A DNA stretch of 64,000 nucleotides from Myxococcota bacterium (GTDB lineage: Bacteria; Myxococcota_A; UBA9160; UBA4427): contig JAWKRX010000020.1 of assembly GCA_041389425.1 (NCBI GenBank), positions 28,251 through 92,250 on the forward strand, read 5' to 3'. Shown here one piece after another: positions 31,082 to 41,993 of the stretch. The stretch's first letter is position 1, and each line of letters begins with the position of its first letter. Made by a program: the position numbers and the translations under genes. Below the pieces are notes generated by a model. The model saw nothing but the letters and a program-made list of their open reading frames with translations, was not told the DNA's origin and searched no databases.

Positions 31082-31417
31082 ATGCAGAAGATTCGCAAGG
31101 GCGACCTGGTCCAGGTCGTGAGTGGCGCCGGCTCGGCGAAAGCGGTGCAGGGCAGGGTGATCGCGGTCGATGTGGAGCGGGGACGCGTCCGGGTCGAGGG
31201 CGTGCGCGTGCAGACGCGTCATCTGAAGCCGGGGCGTGCCGAGGCGCGCGAAGGCGGCATCGTCTCGAAGGAAGGCTTCATCGATGCGTCGAACGTGATG
31301 CTCGTGAATCCCGCCGACAACAAGCCCTCCCGTGTCCGCTTCGAGACGCGCGACGGCAAGCGCGTTCGCGTGTTCGCTCGAGGCGGCGCGCTGGTTCCGG
31401 ATCCCGCGCGCGCTTGA
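31082..31417 (+). CDS. rplX: 50S ribosomal protein L24 (outside the spc operon)
   Basis: MQKIRKGDLVQVVSG (KOW)...RVRVEGVRVQTRHLKP...GGIVSKEGFIDASNVMLVNP...KPSRVRFETRDGKRVRVFARGGALV aligns along its full length with L24 as I remember it. Confidence 0.85.
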   Translation: MQKIRKGDLVQVVSGAGSAKAVQGRVIAVDVERGRVRVEGVRVQTRHLKPGRAEAREGGIVSKEGFIDASNVMLVNPADNKPSRVRFETRDGKRVRVFARGGALVPDPARA

Positions 31418-31580
31418 ACGTGCCAGCGGGCTTCGACAGACTGGCCTTTTCGGACCGGCATCGAAGATCGACGACCGAAGACAGGGAATCCGAGACCGCC
31501 GACCGAGGCGATCGAGACAGACGCCGCCCCGCGCGTGAGCCGCAGCGGGCAGCGCAAAACGAAAGACGAACGGCAAGACC

Positions 31581-31748
31581 ATGGCCAAGAGCAAGCGCGA
31601 GAAGATCAAGCTCGAATCGTCGGCGGGGACGGGTCATTTCTATACGACCTCGAAGAACCGGACCAACACGCCGAACAAGATGGAGCTGAAGAAGTACGAC
31701 CCGGTCGTGCGCAAGCACGTCGTGTACAAAGAGACCAAGCTGAAGTAG
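31581..31748 (+). CDS. rpmG: 50S ribosomal protein L33 (Cys-less form)
   Basis: Below the track length cut-off; hand translation gives [55 protein letters not shown]. Nearly collinear with E. coli L33. Confidence 0.9.
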   Translation: MAKSKREKIKLESSAGTGHFYTTSKNRTNTPNKMELKKYDPVVRKHVVYKETKLK

Positions 31749-31908
31749 TCGGGCCTTCCGGGCGCGCCTCGCGGCTCTTTTCGGGACCATTGATCGACGC
31801 GACGTCGATGTGGTCCCTGGGGCGGCAAGGGCGTTCGGAGCAGCACGCCTTCGAAGTCCGATCGAATCAACCAGCCGAGTACGAAGACGAAGAAGAGAGG
31901 GAGTTGGA

Positions 31909-32265
31909 ATGGCCTGGGTCATCACCCGCATGTGTCGAGACTGCCTGGATATGGCTTGCGTCGAGGTCTGTCCCGTCGACTGCATCGTCCAGCACAAGGA
32001 CAAGGGCGAGGCCGCCGGCTACGCGAACCAGCTCTACATCGATCCCGAGGAATGCATCAACTGCGGCGTGTGCGAGCCGGAGTGTCCCTGGGAGGCGATC
32101 TTCGAGGACGAGCAGGTCCCGGCGGTCTTCCAGGAAGACATCGCCCTCAACGCCAAGATCGTCGAAGAGCGCGACGACTTCGAGGTCCCCGAGCGAGCGG
32201 ATACGGAAGTGCCCAGCGCCGATTCCATCGCCGCCAACAAGGCGAAGTGGGGCTATACGGGCTGA
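31909..32265 (+). CDS. fdxA: 7Fe (3Fe-4S + 4Fe-4S) ferredoxin, FdxA type
   Basis: From ATG 31909, with an AGAGAGGGA RBS: [25 protein letters not shown]...[21 protein letters not shown]. Confidence 0.85.
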   Translation: MAWVITRMCRDCLDMACVEVCPVDCIVQHKDKGEAAGYANQLYIDPEECINCGVCEPECPWEAIFEDEQVPAVFQEDIALNAKIVEERDDFEVPERADTEVPSADSIAANKAKWGYTG

Positions 32266-33107
32266 TCCCGGTCGGCTGCGTCGAAAGCCGCAGCCATCAC
32301 GTCCACGATCCCGTCGAGCGCCGCTTTGCTCGGCGGTTCGGGCAGTCGCGTCGTCCAGAGACGCAGCTGTTCGACCGCCTGATGGACCAGCATCCATTTG
32401 CCGCCGACGGTGATGGCGCCGCGGGCCTCCGCTTCGGCGAGCAGGCGCGTGCGCTGCGGCGAATAGACCGCGTCGAGGACGATCATCCCCGCGCCGAGCG
32501 CCCGTGCATCGACGGGCGAGACCCATTCCCCGAGACCGACGCTGGTCGTGTTCACGACCAGCTCGGGTGCGAGCTCTGCGAGGGCATCGAGCCCGAAGGC
32601 GCCCTGGGCATCGAGCGCCTGCGCGAGCGCCTCGGCCCGGTCCCGGGTGCGATTCAGGACGAAGACCTCGCATTCCCGCTGGCGGAGCGCGTAGACCGCG
32701 GCGCGGGCGGTTCCGCCGGCGCCGAGCACGACCGCGCGCTGCCCGCGGATCGTCGTCGCGCGCTCGAGCGCGGCCAGCACGCCGATCCAATCCGTGTTGG
32801 TGCCGATCAGGCGCTCGCCGTCCCGGATCACGGTGTTGAGGGCGCCGATCGCGTGGACGACGGGCTCGAGCGCGTCGACCAGCGGGAGCATCGTCTCCTT
32901 GTGCGGGATCGACACCGAGATCTGTCGCACGCCGCGGGCGCGCAGCGCGCGCACCGTCTCGGCCAGCTGCGGCGGCGGGACGTCCCAGGCGTGGTAGTGG
33001 GCGTCGAGGCCGAGCGCGCGGTAGGCGGCGTTGTGCATCGCCGGCGAGCGCGTGTGGCCGGCGGGATGGAGCACGACGCCACATTCGAATCGCGCACCCT
33101 CGCTCAA
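32253..33107 (-). CDS. aroE: Shikimate dehydrogenase
   Basis: C-terminal 284 aa of track ORF 32253..35990: [25 protein letters not shown]...VSIPHKE...GALNTV...GTNTDWIG...[13 protein letters not shown] start at 33107 overlaps the UDG stop (TTGA). Confidence 0.85.
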   Translation of the reverse strand: MSEGARFECGVVLHPAGHTRSPAMHNAAYRALGLDAHYHAWDVPPPQLAETVRALRARGVRQISVSIPHKETMLPLVDALEPVVHAIGALNTVIRDGERLIGTNTDWIGVLAALERATTIRGQRAVVLGAGGTARAAVYALRQRECEVFVLNRTRDRAEALAQALDAQGAFGLDALAELAPELVVNTTSVGLGEWVSPVDARALGAGMIVLDAVYSPQRTRLLAEAEARGAITVGGKWMLVHQAVEQLRLWTTRLPEPPSKAALDGIVDVMAAAFDAADRDQPV

Positions 33108-33928
33108 GCCCGGCTCCGTTCGAGGGCGGCCTTGAGATCCTGCCAGACGGCCCGGCGATTCTCCGGCGTGTATTGCCGCAAGACGTACGCGGGGTGGAGC
33201 GTCGGCATCAGCGGGATGTCGCGATAGGTCTGCCAGGTGCCGCGGACGCGGGTGATCGAGATCTCGCGGCCGAGCAGCAGGCTCGCCGCCGGCTTGCCGA
33301 GGGTCACGATCACCTTCGGCGCGATCGCCGCGATCTGACCATCCAGGAAGGGCCGGCAGGCGCTCACCTCCGGCGGCAGCGGATTGCGATTTCCCGGCGG
33401 TCGGCACTTCACGATGTTGCAGATGTAGACGGCGCTGCGCGGAATCCCCATGCCCTTCTCGATCATCTGCGTCAGCAGCTCGCCGGCACGGCCGACGAAG
33501 GGCAGCCCAGTCCGATCTTCCTGCTCGCCGGGGCCTTCGCCGACGAACAGGATCTCCGCATCGGGGTTGCCATCGCCGAACACGATCTTCTGGCGCCCCT
33601 CGCAGAGCCCGCAGCGCCGGCAATCGCCGAGCTCGCTGCGAACCGCTTCGAGCGAAGTACTTCCGCCGTGCCCGGTGCCCGGTCGCGCGCGGGCGGGCGT
33701 GAGGGGCGCCGCGGTGGCGGGCGCGGATTGCGTCCGGTTCGGTGCGGCGAAAGGTCGGCCGGGGGCGGCGGAGGGCGACGCCGTGAGTGCCTCGAACGGC
33801 GCCAGGGCCGGAAGGCGCTCGAAGCCGGTCACGCCCTCTTCGACGAGCTCGCGCACGAGCGCCGCGGCCGAGGCGATGATCGCCCGCGCCTCGCTCCGGC
33901 CGTCCTCCGGTTCTGCATCCGCCGCCAC
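33104..33928 (-). CDS. Uracil-DNA glycosylase, family 4
   Basis: CRRCGLC...VFGDGNPDAEILFVGEGPGEQED..GLPFVGRAGELL...NIVKCRPPGNRNP...HPAYVLR. Confidence 0.85.
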   Translation of the reverse strand: MAADAEPEDGRSEARAIIASAAALVRELVEEGVTGFERLPALAPFEALTASPSAAPGRPFAAPNRTQSAPATAAPLTPARARPGTGHGGSTSLEAVRSELGDCRRCGLCEGRQKIVFGDGNPDAEILFVGEGPGEQEDRTGLPFVGRAGELLTQMIEKGMGIPRSAVYICNIVKCRPPGNRNPLPPEVSACRPFLDGQIAAIAPKVIVTLGKPAASLLLGREISITRVRGTWQTYRDIPLMPTLHPAYVLRQYTPENRRAVWQDLKAALERSRA

Positions 33929-33937
33929 GACCGGGGC

Positions 33938-36076
33938 TCAGCCCGGCTCGGAGCGGGTCAGCGGGACGTATTGCCGGTCGGGGGGCAGCACGGCCGCGGA
34001 GCGGCCCGCGCGGGTCGCGGCGGCTTCGATCGTGCCGTGACGCTGGGCATCGATCCGCTTCTCGACCTCGAACTCGAAGCCCGGATCGTTCGCCTGGTCG
34101 TGGCAGGTCCCGCAGACCTTCAGGATCACGCACGAATCGCATTTGTCGCCGAGCGAGAGGATCGTGCCGACGCGGCGGGCGGTCTCGCCGACGTGGTCGC
34201 CGCCCGGGCCGTGGCAGGATTCGCAGCCGACACGGGCGAAGTCCGGCGACGCTTCGGGCGCACCGCCTTCGGGATAGCCGCCGGGCTTGCCGTAGGCCGT
34301 CGTATGGCAGCCGAGGCAATCGGCGTTCGTCTGCTTGCCCGCCTTCTCGAGGGTCTTCACCGCATGGGCGTGGGGGCTCGCCTGCCAGGTCTCGAACTCC
34401 TTGGCATGGCAGCTCTGGCAGGCGTTGGATCCGACGTAGTCCGCCTGGGTCGGGAGCAGCTCGCGGGCCGGCCCCCCGTCCTCGCGCAGCTTCGCGCGCT
34501 CGGCGTTGGAGAGCGAGGCGATCTTGGCGTGGGAGATGCGCGGCTCGAAGGTCGCGTAGTCGAACCCGAGCGAATGCGTCGGGTTGTGGCAGGTCGCGCA
34601 GACGGTCTCGTAGGCGTCGTCCTTCACGAAGCCGGGAGAGAGATGCGGGCCGCCGCGGCCGTGACAGGATTCGCAGCCGACGTTCTCGAGGTGGGGCGGG
34701 CGGCGGGTGAAGTCGTAGCCGCCGAAGGCGTCGAGGCCGACGACGTGACACCCGGCGCAATCGGTCCGGCGGTCGGCACCATGGGCGACGAGGGTATCGA
34801 AGGCGGAGGCATGCGCCGTGTACTGCCAGGTCGCGAGCTCCTGCTCGTGACACACGCCACAGACGTCGTTGCCACTGAATCCCTTCGGATCGAGCAGCAT
34901 CGGGACGCTCGCTCCGGCGGCGCGGGCCGCGTGCATGCGCAGCAGGGCGCCATCGCGCAGCTCGTTCCAGCCCTGACCGCGGTGGCGGATGCGGCCCTGC
35001 GGATCGAGGACGAGGAAGACGGGGACACCACCGGTGACGCCCCAGCGCTCGGTCGCATGGCCGCCGGGATCGAGGTACGGATCGAAGAAATCGAGACCGT
35101 GCTCGGCCATCGCGGCGCGGACCGCCGTCGGATTGTTCTGGATCGAGATCGCGACCAGCCGCGGCTTCTCCGCGTCCGACATCTTCGCGAGGGTTTCCTT
35201 GATGGACTCGAGGGCCTTGTGGCAATGCGGGCAGGTGTGCAGGAAGAAGATCACGATGGCCGCGCGGCCGGCGAGCATCTTCGTCTCGAGGACCTTTCCG
35301 CTCGACATCTCGACGACGCCGAGCTCGGGTGCCTTCGGCCAGTGCATCAGCTCGCCCGGCTCGCCGGCGGCCCGGCCGGTCGTCGCCTTCGCCAGCTGCA
35401 GCGCCGCATCCGGCGCGTCCATGCGGAGCTCCTTGCGCAGATCGGCCTCGACCTGATCCGTGAGATCGCCGCCGGCCGCGAAATGGCCGATCGCGAAGGA
35501 CATGAAGCCTTCCGGATCGATCCCGAGTACACCGAGCGGCGCCCGCAGCTGGACCTTCTGGGTGATCGAGCCGCTCGAATCGTCGATCACCGGGAACGAG
35601 ACGCCGCTGGACGCGACGAACGCCGCCAGCTTCGCCGCGTCGGAACCGACCCCGACGCCGACGACCTTGAAGTTGTGCTCGGCGGCCTGTGCGTGGATGC
35701 GCTCGACCGCCCGGGCGACGGGCAGGGCTTCGGGGATCTCCGGGTTGAAGAAGAAGAAGACGCTGCGTGCGCCGAGCAGGCGGGCGACCTCGATCGTCTC
35801 GCCGGCGAGCGTCGTGCCCGAGAAGGCGGGTACGGGGCGTTCGTTCGGGAGCCTCGGTGCGGAGCGGGGCTCGGCCTTCGCCGTCGCCTTCGCGGGCTGG
35901 ACGGCCGGGGTCGCCGTCGACGCGGCGGATGCGTTCGACTGCGCCGACGCGGTGTCCGCACCTCCGTTCGCCGCGCCCTGATCCGAGCATGCACCGGCGA
36001 CGAGCAGGAGAAGCAGAGAGACGATCAGGCGGGACAGGGACGGGAGCGCGGAGCTCGCGGGACGTGTCTTCGACAT
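33938..36076 (-). CDS. Lipoprotein: two TlpA/redoxin-like thioredoxin-fold domains fused to an octahaem cytochrome c (two c554-like tetrahaem modules)
   Basis: C-terminal 712 aa of track ORF 33938..39463, from ATG 36076. Lipobox: LLLLVAGA|C. Trx-like domain 1 lacks CXXC (FFFFNPEIPEALP). Domain 2 has FFLHTCPHCHKAL. Eight CXXCH motifs follow: CGVCH, CAGCH, CESCH, CATCH, CQSCH, CLGCH, CESCH, CGTCH. Confidence 0.8.
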   Translation of the reverse strand: MSKTRPASSALPSLSRLIVSLLLLLVAGACSDQGAANGGADTASAQSNASAASTATPAVQPAKATAKAEPRSAPRLPNERPVPAFSGTTLAGETIEVARLLGARSVFFFFNPEIPEALPVARAVERIHAQAAEHNFKVVGVGVGSDAAKLAAFVASSGVSFPVIDDSSGSITQKVQLRAPLGVLGIDPEGFMSFAIGHFAAGGDLTDQVEADLRKELRMDAPDAALQLAKATTGRAAGEPGELMHWPKAPELGVVEMSSGKVLETKMLAGRAAIVIFFLHTCPHCHKALESIKETLAKMSDAEKPRLVAISIQNNPTAVRAAMAEHGLDFFDPYLDPGGHATERWGVTGGVPVFLVLDPQGRIRHRGQGWNELRDGALLRMHAARAAGASVPMLLDPKGFSGNDVCGVCHEQELATWQYTAHASAFDTLVAHGADRRTDCAGCHVVGLDAFGGYDFTRRPPHLENVGCESCHGRGGPHLSPGFVKDDAYETVCATCHNPTHSLGFDYATFEPRISHAKIASLSNAERAKLREDGGPARELLPTQADYVGSNACQSCHAKEFETWQASPHAHAVKTLEKAGKQTNADCLGCHTTAYGKPGGYPEGGAPEASPDFARVGCESCHGPGGDHVGETARRVGTILSLGDKCDSCVILKVCGTCHDQANDPGFEFEVEKRIDAQRHGTIEAAATRAGRSAAVLPPDRQYVPLTRSEPG

Positions 36077-36174
36077 GCGCGGCAGGTTAGCAGCCGGGCC
36101 TCCGCCGGCTCGGCCCCTCGTCGCGCGCCGGATGGAGCCGGATCCGCGCCGCGACGGGGTGTGCCGAGGGGCCG

Positions 36175-36699
36175 CTACGAAGCGGCTTTCAGCCGGGCGC
36201 GCAGCTCCTCGAGCATCGCCTTGAATCCCGCGTTGCCGGCCTCGAAGGTCAGGGCCATCTGCAGATGGCGGATCGCGGCGGCGACGTTGCCGGTCTTCAG
36301 CTCGGCCTCGGCCTTGGCGTGGTACTGGCGGCCCTGGGGCGTCGCTCCGCGGCGCTCGGAGCTCTGCTGCGACGTATGCGCCTGGCGCGCTTCGGCGAGC
36401 TGGATCCGGAGTGAGGCCCCTTCTTCGGTGCGCCGGGCGTCGTAGCTCTTTCGGCGCCGTGCGTCGCGCAGGACGCAGTAGGCCTCGGTGATCCGCTTCG
36501 AGATGCGCGCGCACTGCTCGCGCAGCTCGGGCGGGAGGCTGCGGTTCGCGTCGGGGTGGTAGCTGCGCGAAGAGGCGTGGAAGGCCTGGCGGATCTCGGA
36601 CGCGCTGGCGCCCGCGTCGACATGCAGGAGCTGGTAGTAGTCCAGCTCGTCCATGATGCGGGCGAGGGCGACGATTTCGAGGGGGTCCAGCGTGGCCAT
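36175..36699 (-). CDS. J-domain protein with C-terminal TPR-like segment
   Basis: DYYQLLHVDAGASASEIRQAFHASSRSYHPDAN...AYCVLRD..RRKSYD (HPD motif). The C-terminus YHAKAEAELKTGNVAAAIRHLQMALTFE is TPR-like. Lies 6 nt downstream of the Hsp70 gene. Confidence 0.8.
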   Translation of the reverse strand: MATLDPLEIVALARIMDELDYYQLLHVDAGASASEIRQAFHASSRSYHPDANRSLPPELREQCARISKRITEAYCVLRDARRRKSYDARRTEEGASLRIQLAEARQAHTSQQSSERRGATPQGRQYHAKAEAELKTGNVAAAIRHLQMALTFEAGNAGFKAMLEELRARLKAAS

Positions 36700-36705
36700 C
36701 GTGTT

Positions 36706-38640
<1,935 letters not shown>

Positions 38641-38920
38641 TTCGAACCCTCCTCGGCGACGTCGCCCCTGCCCGAATCGGATCGGAGCGGCCGTGCTCGC
38701 ATGCGGATCGCGGTCGGGAGGCGGGATCGACCCACGGGGGGACGGTGCACCCCGACAACGCCCACCGCCTATCGGCCGGGCGTTTGCGGGACTGAATCGG
38801 AAGGCGCGGCTTCGCGGGGACCGGGCGCCCGCTCGATGGCTCCCGGATCCGGGCCTGTGCTAATTCGAGCGGGGCTCGAACCGCACCGGCGCGTGCGGGG
38901 CGTACAGGGGCAGGAGATCC

Positions 38921-39667
38921 ATGTCCGGACATTCGAAATGGTCGACCATCAAGCGGAAGAAGGGCGCCCTCGACGCCAAGCGGGGCAAGATCTTCACCAA
39001 GCTGATCCGGGAGCTGCAGACCGCGGCGCGCCTCGGTGGGGGGGACATCGACTCGAACCCCCGGCTCCGACTCGTCGTCGACAAGGCCAAGACGGCCAAC
39101 ATGCCCAAGGACAACATCCAGCGGGCGATCCAGAAGGGCCTCGGCGGCGGCGACCAGGACAACTTCGAGGAGATCGTCTACGAGGGCTACGGACCGGGCG
39201 GGACCGCGATCCTGATCGAGACCCTCTCGGACAACAAGAACCGCACGGTCGGCGACCTGCGCTACGCGCTCTCGAAGCACGGCGGCAATCTCGGCGCCTC
39301 GGGCTGCGTGGCCTTCCTCTTCGAGCGCAAGGGCGTCATCGGCTTCGACCGGGCGGCCGTCGACGGCGATGCCCTGCTCGAGGCGGCGCTCGAGGCCGGA
39401 GCCCTCGACGTCGTCGACAACGGAGATCGCAGCGAGGTGCTGACGGCGCCGACCGAGCTCCACGCCGTCCGCGACGCGCTGGCCGAAAAGGGCTTCACGG
39501 CGCTGTCGGCGGAGTTCACGCAGCAGCCTTCGACCACGGTGAAGCTGTCCGGCAAGGACGCCGAGCTGATGCTCAAGCTGGCGGAATCCCTCGAAGACCT
39601 CGATGATGTGCAGGAGTTCTACGCCAACTTCGACATCTCCGAGGAAGAGATGGAGAGCCTCGCCTAG
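38921..39667 (+). CDS. yebC: YebC/PmpR family DNA-binding transcriptional regulator
   Basis: [31 protein letters not shown]... Confidence 0.9.
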   Translation: MSGHSKWSTIKRKKGALDAKRGKIFTKLIRELQTAARLGGGDIDSNPRLRLVVDKAKTANMPKDNIQRAIQKGLGGGDQDNFEEIVYEGYGPGGTAILIETLSDNKNRTVGDLRYALSKHGGNLGASGCVAFLFERKGVIGFDRAAVDGDALLEAALEAGALDVVDNGDRSEVLTAPTELHAVRDALAEKGFTALSAEFTQQPSTTVKLSGKDAELMLKLAESLEDLDDVQEFYANFDISEEEMESLA

Positions 39668-39723
39668 CGCGCCCGTCCGGGCGTGGCCGGGCGCGGCCCA
39701 CGCGGCGTCGATCGGGGGGTGGA

Positions 39724-40269
39724 ATGCGGATCCTGGGGGTGGATCCCGGTTCCCATGCGACGGGCTTCGGCTCGATCGAGCGCGTGGCCGGCCGTCTCGT
39801 CCATCGTCTTCACGGGGTGCTGCGTCCGCCGCCGTCCGCCGCGCTGGCGGATCGGCTCCGCTATCTGCACGCCGAGCTGCTCGCGATCACCCGGGCCGAG
39901 GCGCCCGAGGTCGTCGTCGTCGAGCGTGTCTTCCTGGCCGCCAATCCCCACTCCGCGCTCGTGCTCGGGCAGGCACGCGGCGCGATCCTGGCGAGCCTGG
40001 GCGAGGCGGGGGTGACGGTCGTCGAGCTGTCGGCACGCCAGGTCAAGAAATCGGTGACGGGAACCGGCGGCGCCGCGAAGGATCAGGTCCAGACGATGGT
40101 CGCGCGTCTGCTCGGGCTGGCCGAGCTCCCGCCCGCCGACGCCGCCGATGCCCTCGCCCTCGCGCTCACCCATGCCCAGGCCGGTCCGCTCGCCGGGCTG
40201 GCGCTGCCCTCGCGCCGCCGCTCCTCGCGCCAGGCGATGACGCGACTCGTGCTGGAGCGCAGGCCGTGA
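39724..40269 (+). CDS. ruvC: Crossover junction endodeoxyribonuclease RuvC
   Basis: MRILGVDPGSHATGFG...VVVERVF...KKSVTGTGGAAKDQV...DAADALALALTH. Confidence 0.9.
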   Translation: MRILGVDPGSHATGFGSIERVAGRLVHRLHGVLRPPPSAALADRLRYLHAELLAITRAEAPEVVVVERVFLAANPHSALVLGQARGAILASLGEAGVTVVELSARQVKKSVTGTGGAAKDQVQTMVARLLGLAELPPADAADALALALTHAQAGPLAGLALPSRRRSSRQAMTRLVLERRP

Positions 40270-40880
40270 TCGCCTGGCTCGAAGGGCTGCTGCGGGAGCG
40301 CGCCCCGACGCGCATCGTGCTCGACGTTCGCGGCGTCGGCTACGAGCTGTTCGTTCCGCTCTCGACCTCCGAGGCGCTGCCGGAGCTCGGCAAGACCGTC
40401 TCGATGCTGGTCCACACCGCCGTGCGCGAAGACGCGATCCAGCTCTTCGGCTTCCTGACGCCCGCCGAGCGCGAGCTCTTCCTGCTGCTGCTCAAGGCCA
40501 ATCGCGTCGGTCCCCGGCTCGCGCTGACGATCCTCTCGGGCATGGCGCCGCGGCGGCTGCTCGCCGTGCTGCGCGACGGCGACGCGTCGGGGCTGCGCAA
40601 GGTGCCGGGGGTCGGGCCGAAGCTCGCCGAGCGGATCGCCGTCGAGCTGCGCGACGATGCGGCCAAGCTCGCCGGACGTCTGGCGGACGATCCTGCGGAG
40701 TCGCTCGTGCCGTCGATGCAGGCCGCCGAGCCCGACGAGGAGCTCTTGTCGGCGCTGGTGAATCTCGGCTATCCCCGCTCGCAGGCCGAGCGGGTCGTCG
40801 CGGCGGCGCTCGCCGAGGCGCCGCCGGATGCGCGCATCGAGGTCCTCATCCGGCTCGCGCTGCGCCGGCTCGCGAGCTGA
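40266..40880 (+). CDS. ruvA: Holliday junction branch migration complex subunit RuvA
   Basis: GTG start overlaps the ruvC stop (GTGA). (M)IAWLEGLL...VLDVRGVGYELFVP...QLFGF...ERELFLLLLKANRVGPRLAL...VPGVGPKLAERI. Confidence 0.9.
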   Translation: MIAWLEGLLRERAPTRIVLDVRGVGYELFVPLSTSEALPELGKTVSMLVHTAVREDAIQLFGFLTPAERELFLLLLKANRVGPRLALTILSGMAPRRLLAVLRDGDASGLRKVPGVGPKLAERIAVELRDDAAKLAGRLADDPAESLVPSMQAAEPDEELLSALVNLGYPRSQAERVVAAALAEAPPDARIEVLIRLALRRLAS

Positions 40881-40886
40881 GAGAGC

Positions 40887-41945
40887 GTGGTAGCGGCGAG
40901 CGGATCGGGAGAGCGCGCGACGCGCGGAGGAGATCAGATGGAGCGAGGCGAGCTCTCTCTTTCGCGACAGCCCGAAGAGCGCAGCGCCGAGGAATCGCTT
41001 CGCCCGAAGAATCTCGAGGAGATGATCGGGCAGCCGCGCCTGCGCGAAAATCTGCACGTCTTCGTGCGCGCCGCCCGGGAGCGCGGTGAGCCCCTCGATC
41101 ACGTGCTCTTCCACGGCCCGCCCGGCCTCGGCAAGACCTCGCTCGCGCGCATCGTGGCCGTCGAGCTCGGGGCCCAGTTCCGGGCCACCAGCGGGCCGGC
41201 GATCGAGCGACCGGGGGATCTTGCGGCGCTGCTCTCGAATCTCGAAGCGGGCGACGTGCTGTTCATCGACGAGATCCATCGCCTCTCGCCGGCGGTCGAG
41301 GAGATCCTCTATCCCGCGATGGAGGATTTCCAGCTCGACCTGCTGATCGGCGAAGGCCCGACGGCGCGCTCGATCCGCCTCGACCTGCCGCGCTTCACGC
41401 TGATCGGTGCGACGACCCGCGCGGGGCTGCTCACCTCGCCCCTGCGCGATCGCTTCGGCTGGTCCGCCCGGCTCGAGTACTACCCGGTCGACGATCTCGA
41501 GAAGATCGTCGTGCGCTCGGGCGGGCTGCTCGGTCTCTCGATCGAGTCGAAGGCGGCCTTCGAGATCGCCCGGCGCGCCCGGGGCACGCCGCGGATCGCG
41601 AACCGCTTGCTGCGGCGTGTGCGGGATTTCGCAGCGATCCGCGAGGGCGGCGGCGCGAGCGTGGGTCTCGACGTCGCGCGCTTCGCGCTCGCGCGCCTCG
41701 ATGTCGACGACGCGGGCTTCGACGGCCTCGACCGGGCCTTCCTGCAGACGCTGGTCGTCAAGTTCGGCGGCGGGCCGGTCGGCCTCGAAACCCTCGCCGC
41801 GGCCGTCGGCGAAGACAAGGGAACGCTCGAGGATGTCGTCGAACCCTTCCTGATCCACTGCGGTTTTCTCGCGCGGACGCCGCGCGGCCGCGTCGCCACG
41901 CCCCACGCCTTCGCCCATCTCGGCGTGCCGCTGCCCGGCGCCTGA
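40887..41945 (+). CDS. ruvB: Holliday junction DNA helicase RuvB
   Basis: [12 protein letters not shown]...[16 protein letters not shown]...[10 protein letters not shown]...[20 protein letters not shown]. Start is either GTG 40887 or ATG 40938. Confidence 0.9.
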   Translation: MVAASGSGERATRGGDQMERGELSLSRQPEERSAEESLRPKNLEEMIGQPRLRENLHVFVRAARERGEPLDHVLFHGPPGLGKTSLARIVAVELGAQFRATSGPAIERPGDLAALLSNLEAGDVLFIDEIHRLSPAVEEILYPAMEDFQLDLLIGEGPTARSIRLDLPRFTLIGATTRAGLLTSPLRDRFGWSARLEYYPVDDLEKIVVRSGGLLGLSIESKAAFEIARRARGTPRIANRLLRRVRDFAAIREGGGASVGLDVARFALARLDVDDAGFDGLDRAFLQTLVVKFGGGPVGLETLAAAVGEDKGTLEDVVEPFLIHCGFLARTPRGRVATPHAFAHLGVPLPGA

Positions 41946-41993
41946 TCGGGCCGCCGGCCCGGGCATCCCGGCCGCGCTGCTCGCGGGCTCGGA

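Noticed and set aside
38864-38880. Palindrome ttcgagc-ggg-gctcgaa about 45 nt upstream of yebC, in the Hsp70/yebC divergent region, as a CIRCE/HrcA heat-shock operator.
   Set aside because: It does not resemble the CIRCE consensus (TTAGCACTC-N9-GAGTGCTAA). It is only a 7-bp stem with a 3-nt loop. Kept as unexplained, but the evidence is too weak for a call.
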